Below the pieces are notes generated by a model. The model was not told the origin of the DNA and searched no databases. It was given only the letters and a program-made list of their open reading frames with translations. Positions 9,240 to 19,499 of a stretch of 64,000 nt of DNA are shown one piece after another. The stretch lies in assembly GCA_963777505.1 (NCBI GenBank), contig CAVZQN010000004.1, positions 96,001 to 160,000 of the forward strand, in the 5' to 3' direction. Positions within the stretch are counted from its first letter, which is position 1. Each line of letters begins with the position of its first letter. The DNA is from an uncultured bacterium. GTDB lineage: Bacteria; Acidobacteriota; HRBIN11; JAKEFK01. Both the position numbers and the translations under genes were made by a program.

Positions 9240-11927
9240 GTGTTAACCACGAACCAGAGGCTGGGGCCTTACGAAATTCAATCTTCCATCGGATCAGGCG
9301 GTATGGGAGAAGTGTATCGCGCAAAAGATACCCGCTTGGGACGCCATGTAGCGGTCAAGGTACTGCCTGAGGAGTTTGCTACACATCCAGAACGGATGCG
9401 GCGATTTGAGCAAGAAGCACGTTCTGCATCCGCCCTGAACCATCCTGCAATCATAACTATTTATGATGTTGGAGTCATCGGCTCGAATGCTTACATCGCC
9501 ATGGAATACGTTGAGGGAAAAACTTTGGCGGCACTTCTTAATGCTGGAAAGCTTCCACTCAAGAAAGTAGTTACACTCGCTTCACAGTTTGCTGATGCCC
9601 TGGCGAAAGCACATGAAGCAGGGATTGTTCATCGTGATCTAAAGCCTGAAAATTTAATGATCACTACAGACGGTTTTCTAAAGATTTTGGATTTTGGATT
9701 GGCAAAGCTCACGAAACCATCGATGGAAGTTTCCACTTTACAAACGCAAACAAGCGCAGGATTGGTGCTTGGCACCGCGGCTTATATGTCGCCTGAACAA
9801 GCAGCCGGAAAAAGTGTCGATTTCAGATCGGATCAATTTTCGTTTGGATCCATTTTGTACGAGATGGTCACAGGCAGTCGACCTTTTTCAAAAAATACTG
9901 CTGTCGAAACAATGACTTCCATTATTCGCGATCAGGCAGAACCTGTTTCTTCAATCGCTCCTGTAGTTCCTGGACCATTGCGGTGGATCATTGAACGTTG
10001 CATGGCAAAAGATCCGGATGAGCGTTACGCCTCGACCCGCGATCTCGCGCGCGATCTGCAAAGCCTGCGCGATCATTTCGCAGAAATTACTTCATCCTCC
10101 GATGCGGCTCAATCATTGCAGGCAACCAAATCGAAGCGTAGCCTGATGTTTCCTTTTGTTATTCTAATGGCGCTTGCAGCAGGGGCAGCTCTCACATATT
10201 GGCTTACCCGCACACCTTCCCAAAACCCCGCTGTCTTCCGGACTCTCACATATTCTGGATCGGACTCTTCTCCAACAGTCTCTTCCAATGGACAACTGGT
10301 TGCTTTTCGATCGGATCGCGATGGGATACCGCGTATCTGGCTCAAACAACTCAAAGGCGGAAACGAAGTTGCAATTACTTCCGGTCCGGACGACTTGCCG
10401 CGATTTTCTCCTGATGGTTCAGTATTGCTGTTTATTCGAAACGAAGGATCTGCAGCATCACTATTTCGCGTGCCTGTATTAGGCGGTGAAGAGCGAAAGA
10501 TAATTGATGATGTAAGAAGTGCTGATTGGTCCCCGGATGGAAAAGAAATTGCATTTATCCGGTGGAAAGCTTCACAAGGAAATCCAGATTCAGAATTTTA
10601 TGTCATAGAACCAGACGGATCGGGTCTTCGTGAAATCGCCGTAATTAAAGAGCGTCAACTCCAGTCCTTGCGCTGGTCTCCGGACGGACGCTATTTGGTT
10701 GCAACTGTAATTATTCAAGGAAATTATGGAAGCAGGGACGCGATTGCGTTAATCGATGTTCAGAATAAGAAAACACAGTGGACCCTCTCTTCTTACAACT
10801 GGCCTACATCTGCAGTTTGGACTGGAACCAAAAATCAGATCGCGTATTTCATTCCCGAAACAGGTGTCGCTTTGTTTCAATTGCGCGGTGACAGCACGCT
10901 ATTCCTGCATGATGTAGAAACCGGCAAACGGAAACCTGTTTTCTGGGCACAGTCGGCTGGCGAAATTATGGATATTGCTGGAAAAGGCAGCATCGTCATG
11001 CATTCTGCATCTTTGCGAGAAAACTTGCGCAAAATCATGCTCAGTGGCAAAGAGGAAAGTGCAGGCTCATCATGGCTTACACGCGGAAATAGTTGCAACC
11101 GTCAGCCGGTTTATTCTCCGGATGGAAGCCGTATTCTGTTTTCTTCAAACATGGCCGCAAATCTTGATCTGTGGGAAGTATCCACGGAATCGCTCGCATT
11201 GCGACGAATCACTGAAGATGCAGCAGGAGACTGGGATCCTTCCTATAGTCCGGATGGAAAACACATTTTGTGGAGTTCTAATCGTGGCGGGCATTTTGAG
11301 ATCTGGATGGCAAACACTGATGGAAGCGGCGCGCGTCAGGTGACAAAAGATGGAGTTGATGCGGAAAATCCCGGAATGACACCCGATGGAAAATGGATTG
11401 TTTATAACTCCTATAACCCAGACCTGAAGGTTCGTGGAATCTGGAAGATTCAACTTGATGGATCCGGTGCTACTCGTATTGCAGCAGGATTGACGCAGTG
11501 GCCTGAAATTTCGCCAGATGGACGTTATGCGAGTTACGGTTTTTACAAACAATCGCTCAATGACAGTTTTACTTACGAACGTGTTGTGGAAATTGCAACA
11601 GGCGCTGAAGTTCCTTTTGAAATCAAAGTCAGCAACCGGGATCGTGTAGGTGGAAGGATGCGCTGGATGCCCGATGGAAAATCGATTGTATTTATTGATG
11701 AAGATGACAAAGGCAACTGGGGATTATTTGCACAGGATTTCATTCCGGGAAAAGATACTCATACTTCACGGCGCAAGTTAACAGGATCCGATGCAGACCG
11801 AAAGATCGATACGTTTACAATCTCTCCCGACAGTTCCACGATTGTGATTGCAGAAGTGGAAATACTCTCCAGTTTGATAATGGCTCATGGCATTCCCGGT
11901 ATCGAAACCCATCGCAAGCAAGACTAA
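9240..11927 (+). CDS. Hanks-type Ser/Thr protein kinase with TM helix and TolB-like (PD40) beta-propeller
   Basis: GSGGMGEVY, VAVK, HRDLKPEN, DFGLAK, YMSPEQ, then repeated [WF]SPDG motifs. Confidence 0.93.
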   Translation: MLTTNQRLGPYEIQSSIGSGGMGEVYRAKDTRLGRHVAVKVLPEEFATHPERMRRFEQEARSASALNHPAIITIYDVGVIGSNAYIAMEYVEGKTLAALLNAGKLPLKKVVTLASQFADALAKAHEAGIVHRDLKPENLMITTDGFLKILDFGLAKLTKPSMEVSTLQTQTSAGLVLGTAAYMSPEQAAGKSVDFRSDQFSFGSILYEMVTGSRPFSKNTAVETMTSIIRDQAEPVSSIAPVVPGPLRWIIERCMAKDPDERYASTRDLARDLQSLRDHFAEITSSSDAAQSLQATKSKRSLMFPFVILMALAAGAALTYWLTRTPSQNPAVFRTLTYSGSDSSPTVSSNGQLVAFRSDRDGIPRIWLKQLKGGNEVAITSGPDDLPRFSPDGSVLLFIRNEGSAASLFRVPVLGGEERKIIDDVRSADWSPDGKEIAFIRWKASQGNPDSEFYVIEPDGSGLREIAVIKERQLQSLRWSPDGRYLVATVIIQGNYGSRDAIALIDVQNKKTQWTLSSYNWPTSAVWTGTKNQIAYFIPETGVALFQLRGDSTLFLHDVETGKRKPVFWAQSAGEIMDIAGKGSIVMHSASLRENLRKIMLSGKEESAGSSWLTRGNSCNRQPVYSPDGSRILFSSNMAANLDLWEVSTESLALRRITEDAAGDWDPSYSPDGKHILWSSNRGGHFEIWMANTDGSGARQVTKDGVDAENPGMTPDGKWIVYNSYNPDLKVRGIWKIQLDGSGATRIAAGLTQWPEISPDGRYASYGFYKQSLNDSFTYERVVEIATGAEVPFEIKVSNRDRVGGRMRWMPDGKSIVFIDEDDKGNWGLFAQDFIPGKDTHTSRRKLTGSDADRKIDTFTISPDSSTIVIAEVEILSSLIMAHGIPGIETHRKQD

Positions 11928-11933
11928 ATTACT

Positions 11934-14900
11934 TCATTGATGGTGTTTTAACAGGTCGGTTACTAATGCAACGAGTGCATCGGGTTCGAGCGGTTTACTT
12001 CGATAAAGCTGAAAACCTGCAGCAATTGCCCTGTCGCCATCATCCAACCCATAACCCGTCAGGGCAATAGCAGGAACTCGTGCTTCCTGAACCTCGGGTA
12101 ATGCTCGAATTCTTTTAATCAATGCATAACCATCTTCTTCAGGAAGTCCAACATCCGAAATAATGATGTCTGGAATCCATTCCTTTAAAACGTTTAGGGC
12201 TTCAGAAGATTTACTCGCCGATCGGCACTCTAAACCTTCACGCTCGAGCGTTATGCGAAACATTTCTGCAGAAAGTAAATCATCTTCAATTAACAAAATT
12301 TTCTTGCCTGCTAAAAACGGATTTTGCTTTAAGGTTGTTGGCTCAGGGTTTACAGATTTAAACTTATCAACGCTTATTAATGCCTTTACTGTCTGCAATA
12401 ATTCATCAGGTTCAACCGGTTTGGATACAAACATTTGAAAACCTGAAGAAAGAACACGTTCTCTATCTAGATTTGATGCCTCTGAAGTCAGGGCAATTAC
12501 AGGGATTTCCTTTTTGAAATTTTCTAATGATTGTAGCTGTTTGACAAACCAGTAACCATCTTCATCAGGCATTGCTATGTCACAAATGATTACATCCGGA
12601 TCCCATTCTTTCAGAAGCTTTAGAGCTTTGCGGGCTGTATCATGTGCGGCAACTTCTGCATCGGCTTTGTTAAAAATCGTTTCCATTAATTGCAATGTAT
12701 TCCGATCATCATCGATTACGAGGACACGTACGCCTGAAAGTGCAAGACTAGTTGCTCCTATCGATTCATTTTTAGTAATTCTTGGAGAGTCAACCCAGAT
12801 CACAGAACTATTTGCTCTTTGATGAATCAGCGGGAGGAACACAGTAAAGGTTGCTCCTGAGCCTTCACCGTGGCTCTCGGCTGTTACCTTTCCGCCGTGA
12901 AGTTCAACCAGCTGTTTTACAATCGAAAGTCCTAATCCTAACCCGCCGAATTTTCGCGTGGAACTGCTGTCAGCTTGCAGAAATCGTTCGAAAACAAATG
13001 GCAAAAATTCAGGATGTATACCTGAACCAGTATCTTGAATTGTTATCCGTACTTCGGATTCGGAACGCCTTGCTTTCACTGTGATATTTCCACCGATGGG
13101 AGTGAACTTAACAGCGTTCGAAAGGAGATTCCACAAGATCTGCTGTAATCTTCTGGGATCCGCTTCTAATGACAGAGCTTCTGTTCCGTCTTCAAAGTCA
13201 ATAGTGAGTTCAATATTTTTTGCATTGATCGCATGAGAAACAATATTAATCGCTCCCAGGATCGTTTCTGAAAGTTTCACAATTTCGGGCCTGATGCTCA
13301 TTTTCCCAATGATGATTCGTGAAACATCCAACAAATCATCTATGATTTGAGCTTGATTTTTTGCGCTCATGTAGATTGATTCAACAGCTGCATTTCGTTC
13401 ATCGGTATTTGTCTGCTTTGTCCGCAAAATATGTGCCCAACCCAGAATGGAATTTAAAGGTGTTCTGAGTTCGTGTGAAAGAGTGGCAAGGAATTCATCC
13501 TTCATGCGGATTGATTTTTCCAGCTTGACCCGCAAGTTTTGTTCTTGCAAGAGAAGCTGACTGAGTTTCTGTTCACTTCTCAGTTTTTCGGCTGCTAACC
13601 ATGTCTTTTCAGCCGCTGCTTCAATCACGCTCACTTCCCAATCTTTCCATAACCGTGCGAATTCAACACTGACCCAAAAAGTGGAGGTCCATCTCTCCTC
13701 ACGCATCAGAGGGACTGCGATGTATGCGCCAATGCGATCCGGCCCGTATGCGGTCTCGAATAATGCTGCGGTACGAGGATCATTACGTGTATCGCAATTG
13801 ACTATTGTCTTTCCTCGTTCGATTTCTGCTCTGCTAATTTGAGAATAACTTGATAGTTTTACTGTCCCTACCAAAGAAGTTAATTGTCTTGAGAAATAGT
13901 CATAATGAATTGCGGCGGTATCTGAGTCGTGATCTATTTCATTAAAAAAACACCGAGATACATTTAAATATTCTCCAATCATTTGTGGAACGGTCTGAAA
14001 TAGATCATTGACATCAGTTGCTTCGCGAATATTCGAAGTCACTTTCAGCATGAATAGCTGATTCATTTCTTGAAGCCTTCGATCCGTAATATCCGTTATG
14101 GCGCCTACGAGTCCAATAACTTCTCCATTGTCATTGAATTCCGGAGCATAAGAGGCGTACACAAAACGATTCCCTAATTCCGTAAAAGGAATACTTTGCT
14201 CAAACTGTACAGGTTTGCCCTTTAGAGTTTGATCAACATATTTTTCAATACTCAAATAGGCCTCTTTTCCAAGAATTTCCCAGAGGTATTTGCCTATGAT
14301 TTGTTCCGGGGTCAATCCGAATCGTTCGGCATATGGTTTATTAACGAACTTATATTTTTTTTCAATATCGCAATGAACAAGGTAAATCGGGGCCGAATCT
14401 GTAATCAAAAAAAGCTGTCGCATATTATGGATGCGTGATTCTTCAGCTTGTTGGCGGATTTTTGAGATTTCAAGGCGTGCGTTGATACGCGCGATCAACT
14501 CCCGGCTTGAAAATGGTTTGAACACATAATCATCCGCACCTGCTGCTAATCCCTCGATTCTTGGTTCATCTCCTGCGCGCGCAGAAAGCATAATAATCGG
14601 TAGTAGTTGTGTATCTGGATTTGATCGTAAGTGCCGGAGAAGTTGAATTCCGTCCATGTGGGACATCATCACATCTGTAATCAATAAGTCAGGCAGCTTA
14701 TTTTTTATAGCAGCAAGAGCTGCTTCTCCGTTCGAGACCGTTTCGATTTCATACGCGGTGCCAAGTAAATGGCGGAGGTAGATCCGTAAATCTGCGTTAT
14801 CATCCGCAATCAAAACTCGCGGTTTTTTGTCACCTGCTTGAACAGTATGAATTATGGAAACATTCTTGAGATACTCTGGCGAAATTTCAGACGTCATTTG

Positions 14901-16709
14901 TTCGTCATTTGGAAGCCAGCGAAGTGCTTCTTCAACAAATGCTTGACTCTTCATCGATATCGAAGCCGTGTTTGTATTCGAAACGATGTTTTCTGAATCG
15001 CGTTTTTCTTTGATTGGAATGGAAACACGAAAAGCAGTGCCAACGCCTGGGGAGCTTTCAACACTTATAGATCCGTCATGAATTTTGACCAACTCATTAA
15101 CAAGCGCAAGCCCAATTCCTGAACCTTCAAAACTTCTTCCGTTTACACCTTCTATTCGCTGAAATCGTTCAAACACTCGCGGGATATCTTGAGGTGAAAT
15201 ACCGACTCCGGTATCACGAACTACTAACTCGGCAGAATCATCTTTCTCCACCAGGGTCACATCAAGTTGGCCTTCAAATGTAAACTTGAACGCATTTGAT
15301 ATGAGATTCAGTACAATTTGCTCCCACATTTGGCGGTCTATATATATGAGGCGGGAAAGTTTAGGGCAATCGATTACAAAACGAAGTCCTGCTTTTTCTA
15401 CCGCTGAACGAAAAGCACTGGCAAGATCGGTTGTAAACGTACCTAGTTCAGTGAGCTCATATTTCGCTTTCATTCGCCCAGCTTCAATGCGAGAAAAATC
15501 CAACAAAGCATTGACAAGCTTCAGCAGCCTTAATCCGTTTCGATAAACTGAATCCAGTTCATCAGAATCAGATGTTTTTCGATTGATGATGTCTTCAAGC
15601 GGACCCAACATCAACGTTAAAGGCGTCCGGAATTCGTGACTAATATTGCTAAAGAAAATTGTTTTGGCGGCATCTAACTCTGCCAGTGCTTCGGATCTTT
15701 TATGTTCCGCTTCCAAAGCACTCGCATTGGCAATCGCAGTGGCAATCTGCCCGGCAACTAAATTCAGAAAGCCTTCATATTGCTCATTCATTGCGAGGCG
15801 TGGACTAATTCCAGTGAATATCACACCCACTGGATCTTTTCGTGCAGGTTGTGTAATGGGCAGTATGACAGCCTTGCTAATCAGTTCAGGCCAGTATTTC
15901 GCTTGATGGTTTCCGTATGTTTCTGCGAAGTCGTTAAGAATCTCAGGGCGTCCTGTGTGAAAGACGCGGCTCACAGGACATATCATTTCCTCAACAGGAA
16001 TATTTTTCTGAAGTTCCATTTTTTCTGGTAAATCGAAAGCGGGAGTGCCAGCAATTTTTTTAAGGGTAGCTCGTTCTTCTGAACAGAGATAGATTGTGGC
16101 AAAAGATAAATCGAAACTGTTCGATAAAGATTGAATCGCCGCATCACATGCTTCTTGAATGCTCCGAGTTCCTGAAGTGTTCGACGCAAGTTCGCGAAGA
16201 GTGCGCAGCCGTCGTTCTCCGAGCACTCGTTTGGTTTCTTCTGTACAAGCACAAAAGACACCAGCTACAGAACCTTCATCATCACGGATAGGACTGTAAG
16301 AATAAGTGAAATACGTTTCTTCCGTGTATCCGTATCTCTCCAGTACAAGTAGCTGTTGTTCGCTCCATGTTGCCTGGCCTGACTGAAGAACTTGCCTGGT
16401 TTGAGGTCCGATAACATCCCAAATTTCAGACCAAATCTTTGGTGCAGATCTTCCTAAAGCTTCAGGATGCCTTGCACCAAGCACTGGAATATATGCATCA
16501 TTGTAAAAGTTGATTAACTCAGGACCCCACCATACAAACATGGGATACCTGGAACCCAACATCATGTTTAAAGCGCTTCTTAAAGATTGAGGCCATACTT
16601 CGCGAGAGCCAAGTGGATTTTTTGACCAGTCTTTCGCAAGGATTCGTTCAAACATTTCGCCCGAACCGGCGAGCCAATCAGGATTTGCGTTAAGCTTTTT
16701 GCTGGGCAT
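11934..16709 (-). CDS. Cytoplasmic tandem hybrid histidine kinase (PAS/GAF-HK-REC-PAS-GAF-HK-REC-REC)
   Basis: Two H-boxes (SHEFRTPL, SHELRTPL), two HATPase N/G boxes, three receiver domains (ITDVMM, ICDIAM, ISDVGL). Confidence 0.92.
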   Translation of the reverse strand: MPSKKLNANPDWLAGSGEMFERILAKDWSKNPLGSREVWPQSLRSALNMMLGSRYPMFVWWGPELINFYNDAYIPVLGARHPEALGRSAPKIWSEIWDVIGPQTRQVLQSGQATWSEQQLLVLERYGYTEETYFTYSYSPIRDDEGSVAGVFCACTEETKRVLGERRLRTLRELASNTSGTRSIQEACDAAIQSLSNSFDLSFATIYLCSEERATLKKIAGTPAFDLPEKMELQKNIPVEEMICPVSRVFHTGRPEILNDFAETYGNHQAKYWPELISKAVILPITQPARKDPVGVIFTGISPRLAMNEQYEGFLNLVAGQIATAIANASALEAEHKRSEALAELDAAKTIFFSNISHEFRTPLTLMLGPLEDIINRKTSDSDELDSVYRNGLRLLKLVNALLDFSRIEAGRMKAKYELTELGTFTTDLASAFRSAVEKAGLRFVIDCPKLSRLIYIDRQMWEQIVLNLISNAFKFTFEGQLDVTLVEKDDSAELVVRDTGVGISPQDIPRVFERFQRIEGVNGRSFEGSGIGLALVNELVKIHDGSISVESSPGVGTAFRVSIPIKEKRDSENIVSNTNTASISMKSQAFVEEALRWLPNDEQMTSEISPEYLKNVSIIHTVQAGDKKPRVLIADDNADLRIYLRHLLGTAYEIETVSNGEAALAAIKNKLPDLLITDVMMSHMDGIQLLRHLRSNPDTQLLPIIMLSARAGDEPRIEGLAAGADDYVFKPFSSRELIARINARLEISKIRQQAEESRIHNMRQLFLITDSAPIYLVHCDIEKKYKFVNKPYAERFGLTPEQIIGKYLWEILGKEAYLSIEKYVDQTLKGKPVQFEQSIPFTELGNRFVYASYAPEFNDNGEVIGLVGAITDITDRRLQEMNQLFMLKVTSNIREATDVNDLFQTVPQMIGEYLNVSRCFFNEIDHDSDTAAIHYDYFSRQLTSLVGTVKLSSYSQISRAEIERGKTIVNCDTRNDPRTAALFETAYGPDRIGAYIAVPLMREERWTSTFWVSVEFARLWKDWEVSVIEAAAEKTWLAAEKLRSEQKLSQLLLQEQNLRVKLEKSIRMKDEFLATLSHELRTPLNSILGWAHILRTKQTNTDERNAAVESIYMSAKNQAQIIDDLLDVSRIIIGKMSIRPEIVKLSETILGAINIVSHAINAKNIELTIDFEDGTEALSLEADPRRLQQILWNLLSNAVKFTPIGGNITVKARRSESEVRITIQDTGSGIHPEFLPFVFERFLQADSSSTRKFGGLGLGLSIVKQLVELHGGKVTAESHGEGSGATFTVFLPLIHQRANSSVIWVDSPRITKNESIGATSLALSGVRVLVIDDDRNTLQLMETIFNKADAEVAAHDTARKALKLLKEWDPDVIICDIAMPDEDGYWFVKQLQSLENFKKEIPVIALTSEASNLDRERVLSSGFQMFVSKPVEPDELLQTVKALISVDKFKSVNPEPTTLKQNPFLAGKKILLIEDDLLSAEMFRITLEREGLECRSASKSSEALNVLKEWIPDIIISDVGLPEEDGYALIKRIRALPEVQEARVPAIALTGYGLDDGDRAIAAGFQLYRSKPLEPDALVALVTDLLKHHQ

Positions 16710-16784
16710 TGCCTTTCTAGAATAGGCGACTCGGCAAATTAAGCAAAATGCCTCAGGTGGTTGGATAAAAAATAGCGGGGAACA

Positions 16785-16813
16785 GTAGGGGCGGGTCTAA
16801 GACCCGCCCCTGC
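16785..16813. repeat. GTAG-type REP hairpin, family A
   Basis: GTAGGGGCGGGTCTAAGACCCGCCCCTGC, 4 nt past the TonB-dependent receptor stop codon. Confidence 0.85.
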
Positions 16814-16817
16814 AAGA

Positions 16818-19376
16818 TTAGAATTTGTAGCCTACTCGAACGTAGTACGAAGCTCCATTGATTCCGAATGGCAAAGTTTCCCAACCGTAGATGAACCCGA
16901 GCTCTGGGAAAGGAGAACCAGCCGCCAGACTCCATTCATCGGGATATACATCAAAAATATTCAATCCACCGCCTGTGATTTGCAGGCCATTTGAGAACTG
17001 ATAGCCAACTGAAGCATCGGTCAGCCACTTTCCGCCCCACTCCTGTTTAATTCCGGTGAATCCTTCGCCGGCAACTCCACCGAAGTAGTTGAAGCGTAAG
17101 TTCGCTCTCCATGAACCTGATAACAGCGTACCGGAAAGAAGATGATGCTGTTGGGGTTGTCCTTCTTCGATCAGTGTGATCTGAGCCTGATCAAACAATA
17201 CCGGTGCAGGAAGGATTGCTGATGGTGAACGCCGATCGGTAACTTCAGTTTTATTAAAATTGAAGGCTCCTTCCAGCGCTAGCACTGCATTATCACTAAC
17301 TTGCCAATCATATAGAGCAACGAAATCGACGCCAGTAGTTTCTGTGTCAATTGCATTCGTAAAAAACAGAATCTGGCCTACGCCGAATGGATCCAGAAGA
17401 TTTCGGATCGGACAGCCCGCCGGAGTTGCGCATGCTGATTCAGGTTCGGGTTGTATGTTGCTCGAAAAGATGATGCGATCATCAATATCGATCCGGAAAA
17501 AATCAACCGTAATTCTGAAGCGTTCAGTTGGTTTAGCAACGATTCCAATCGAATAGTTTACCGAAGTTTCTTCTTCAAGCGCCGGAATTCCAAATGATCT
17601 CGTTAGTTCTCCACCTTGAAGCGCAGTTAAAGTGTCGGTCAAAACGCCTGCAGAATTGAGGTTTGTAGAGCGTTGACTATAAAATGCTTGTTGAACGCCA
17701 GGCGCTCGAAAACCATTCGAGATAGTACCGCGGAGAGCAAACTCTGGAGCGAAATTTACACGAGCGGAAAATTTACCTGTTACTGTATTTCCGAAATCAG
17801 AATAGTTTTCCCACCGTATTGCAGCGCCAAGAAGGAATATTTTGTGAAGCTGTTTTTCTACATCAATGTAGAGAGCCGTATTGCTGCGGCTTTCATCAAC
17901 AGCTTCAGCAGGTGACCACCCCGGAAATCCTTGCGCACCGGGCTGTGCAATTGCGCCAGTCTGATCCAGAATTATGATGTCGCGGTTATTGGTACGGCCA
18001 TAAGAATAGGAAGCGAGATCACCCTCTTCAATCTGGTAACTATCCTGTCGCCATTCAAAACCAGTTGCCAGAAAGAACGGACTTTCATCGCCTAACCAAT
18101 CAAACTTGCTTGTAAAATCAACTCCGATATTTTGCATTCCGTATTCAAGGGTACCTGTATCTGATTCCAGCGGAGTTTCTTCAAAACGAGGTCCTGTTGG
18201 ATTATTCGGATCCAACGGTTCGAAAAACCAGCTTACATTGGCAGTGTTTTCTTCACGGAATTTGAATTTGTTTTGTCCGTAGTTGTAGTAGACGTCATAA
18301 CTCCAATCTTCGTTAATGTCACCTTTGTACCCGAATACCGCAGAAATATCGGTTGGCTGCGTGATAATCGTTGGCAAAAATCCGTCAGGATAGATTGAAG
18401 GAATCGTGCGGCCGTCTCCTGACGTTCGGAAAAATCCTGAAGAGTTTCCTTCCCGGCGTGACCAGCCTCCGAATCCATATAATTCACCGTCACCGGCAGG
18501 TATCTTTGCATTGAGCCATATATAGCCATCTTCTGCATCTGGATCGCCAATGCGCTGTGTTACCTCAGGTGGAGAAACACGTAAAAGATCCGGCCCCGCT
18601 CTGTTTGTTTCACCGCGATCGCGGTATTCACCAGTCACATTAATCACACCATCTTCACCAACTCGAAATCCTTTATTCACACCGGCCGTCACAATTTCGC
18701 CATCACCTTCATACGTTTGGCCGGTTTCGAAGACAGCATCACCATCAACACCATCTTTAAGAATGATGTTGATAACGCCTGCAATTGCATCGGATCCGTA
18801 CTGTGCTGCTGCGCCATCGCGCAGTACTTCGATGTGATCAATGGCCGAGAGCGGAATTGCATTGATATCAGTGCCTGCCGATCCGCGCGCAATCGTCTGC
18901 TGAACATTCAACAACGATTGTTGATGACGACGCTTTCCATTAATCAGTATCAGCACTTGATCCGCACCCAAACCACGCAACGTGGCTGGACGAATAATAT
19001 CGGTACCATCACTGATGTACGTTGTTGAGAAATTAAAAGAAGGTGCAAGCAGCTGAAGTGCCTTACCAACTTCCGTCGCGCCAGTACTCTCAAGGGTGGT
19101 TCTATCGATAATATCCACCGGTGCAGTCGTTTCAGTGGCAACGCGTCCTTCAACACGTGTGCCAGTAACTGTAATTTCTTCTGAAACTGGTTCCTCTTCC
19201 AGCGCTTCTTCAGCCTGTTTTTCTTCTTCTGTTTGTTCCTCTTCAGTTTGATTCTCCTGTGCCATGGTAATCGTGATTGGCACGAGCAAGATTCCTACTG
19301 TCAGCAGCGCCATTAAAAACAATGGGATGGCTTGCCTCAGAGTTTTTTCAATCGTAACGGGATGAATTTTGATCAT
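16818..19376 (-). CDS. TonB-dependent receptor
   Basis: TonB box EEITVTG, plug (LRGLGADQVLILINGKRRH, IEVLRDGAAAQYGSDAIAGVINIIL), C-terminal YKF. ATG 19376 has an upstream GGAGGG; the ORF track extends to 19427. Confidence 0.92.
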   Translation of the reverse strand: MIKIHPVTIEKTLRQAIPLFLMALLTVGILLVPITITMAQENQTEEEQTEEEKQAEEALEEEPVSEEITVTGTRVEGRVATETTAPVDIIDRTTLESTGATEVGKALQLLAPSFNFSTTYISDGTDIIRPATLRGLGADQVLILINGKRRHQQSLLNVQQTIARGSAGTDINAIPLSAIDHIEVLRDGAAAQYGSDAIAGVINIILKDGVDGDAVFETGQTYEGDGEIVTAGVNKGFRVGEDGVINVTGEYRDRGETNRAGPDLLRVSPPEVTQRIGDPDAEDGYIWLNAKIPAGDGELYGFGGWSRREGNSSGFFRTSGDGRTIPSIYPDGFLPTIITQPTDISAVFGYKGDINEDWSYDVYYNYGQNKFKFREENTANVSWFFEPLDPNNPTGPRFEETPLESDTGTLEYGMQNIGVDFTSKFDWLGDESPFFLATGFEWRQDSYQIEEGDLASYSYGRTNNRDIIILDQTGAIAQPGAQGFPGWSPAEAVDESRSNTALYIDVEKQLHKIFLLGAAIRWENYSDFGNTVTGKFSARVNFAPEFALRGTISNGFRAPGVQQAFYSQRSTNLNSAGVLTDTLTALQGGELTRSFGIPALEEETSVNYSIGIVAKPTERFRITVDFFRIDIDDRIIFSSNIQPEPESACATPAGCPIRNLLDPFGVGQILFFTNAIDTETTGVDFVALYDWQVSDNAVLALEGAFNFNKTEVTDRRSPSAILPAPVLFDQAQITLIEEGQPQQHHLLSGTLLSGSWRANLRFNYFGGVAGEGFTGIKQEWGGKWLTDASVGYQFSNGLQITGGGLNIFDVYPDEWSLAAGSPFPELGFIYGWETLPFGINGASYYVRVGYKF

Positions 19377-19499
19377 TGGCTGTTCCCTCCGAAGAAAATT
19401 AAATGACTTCTTCTTCTGTTTCCACATCCGTTCTTAGATCCGGATGCGTTCACTTGTCCTGGTATCGAGGAATATTCTATCGCAACTCATAGATTCATG

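Noticed and set aside
19377-19499. Riboswitch upstream of the TonB-dependent receptor
   Set aside because: Only a short CATCCG/CGGATG stem; no cobalamin or TPP consensus is recognisable.
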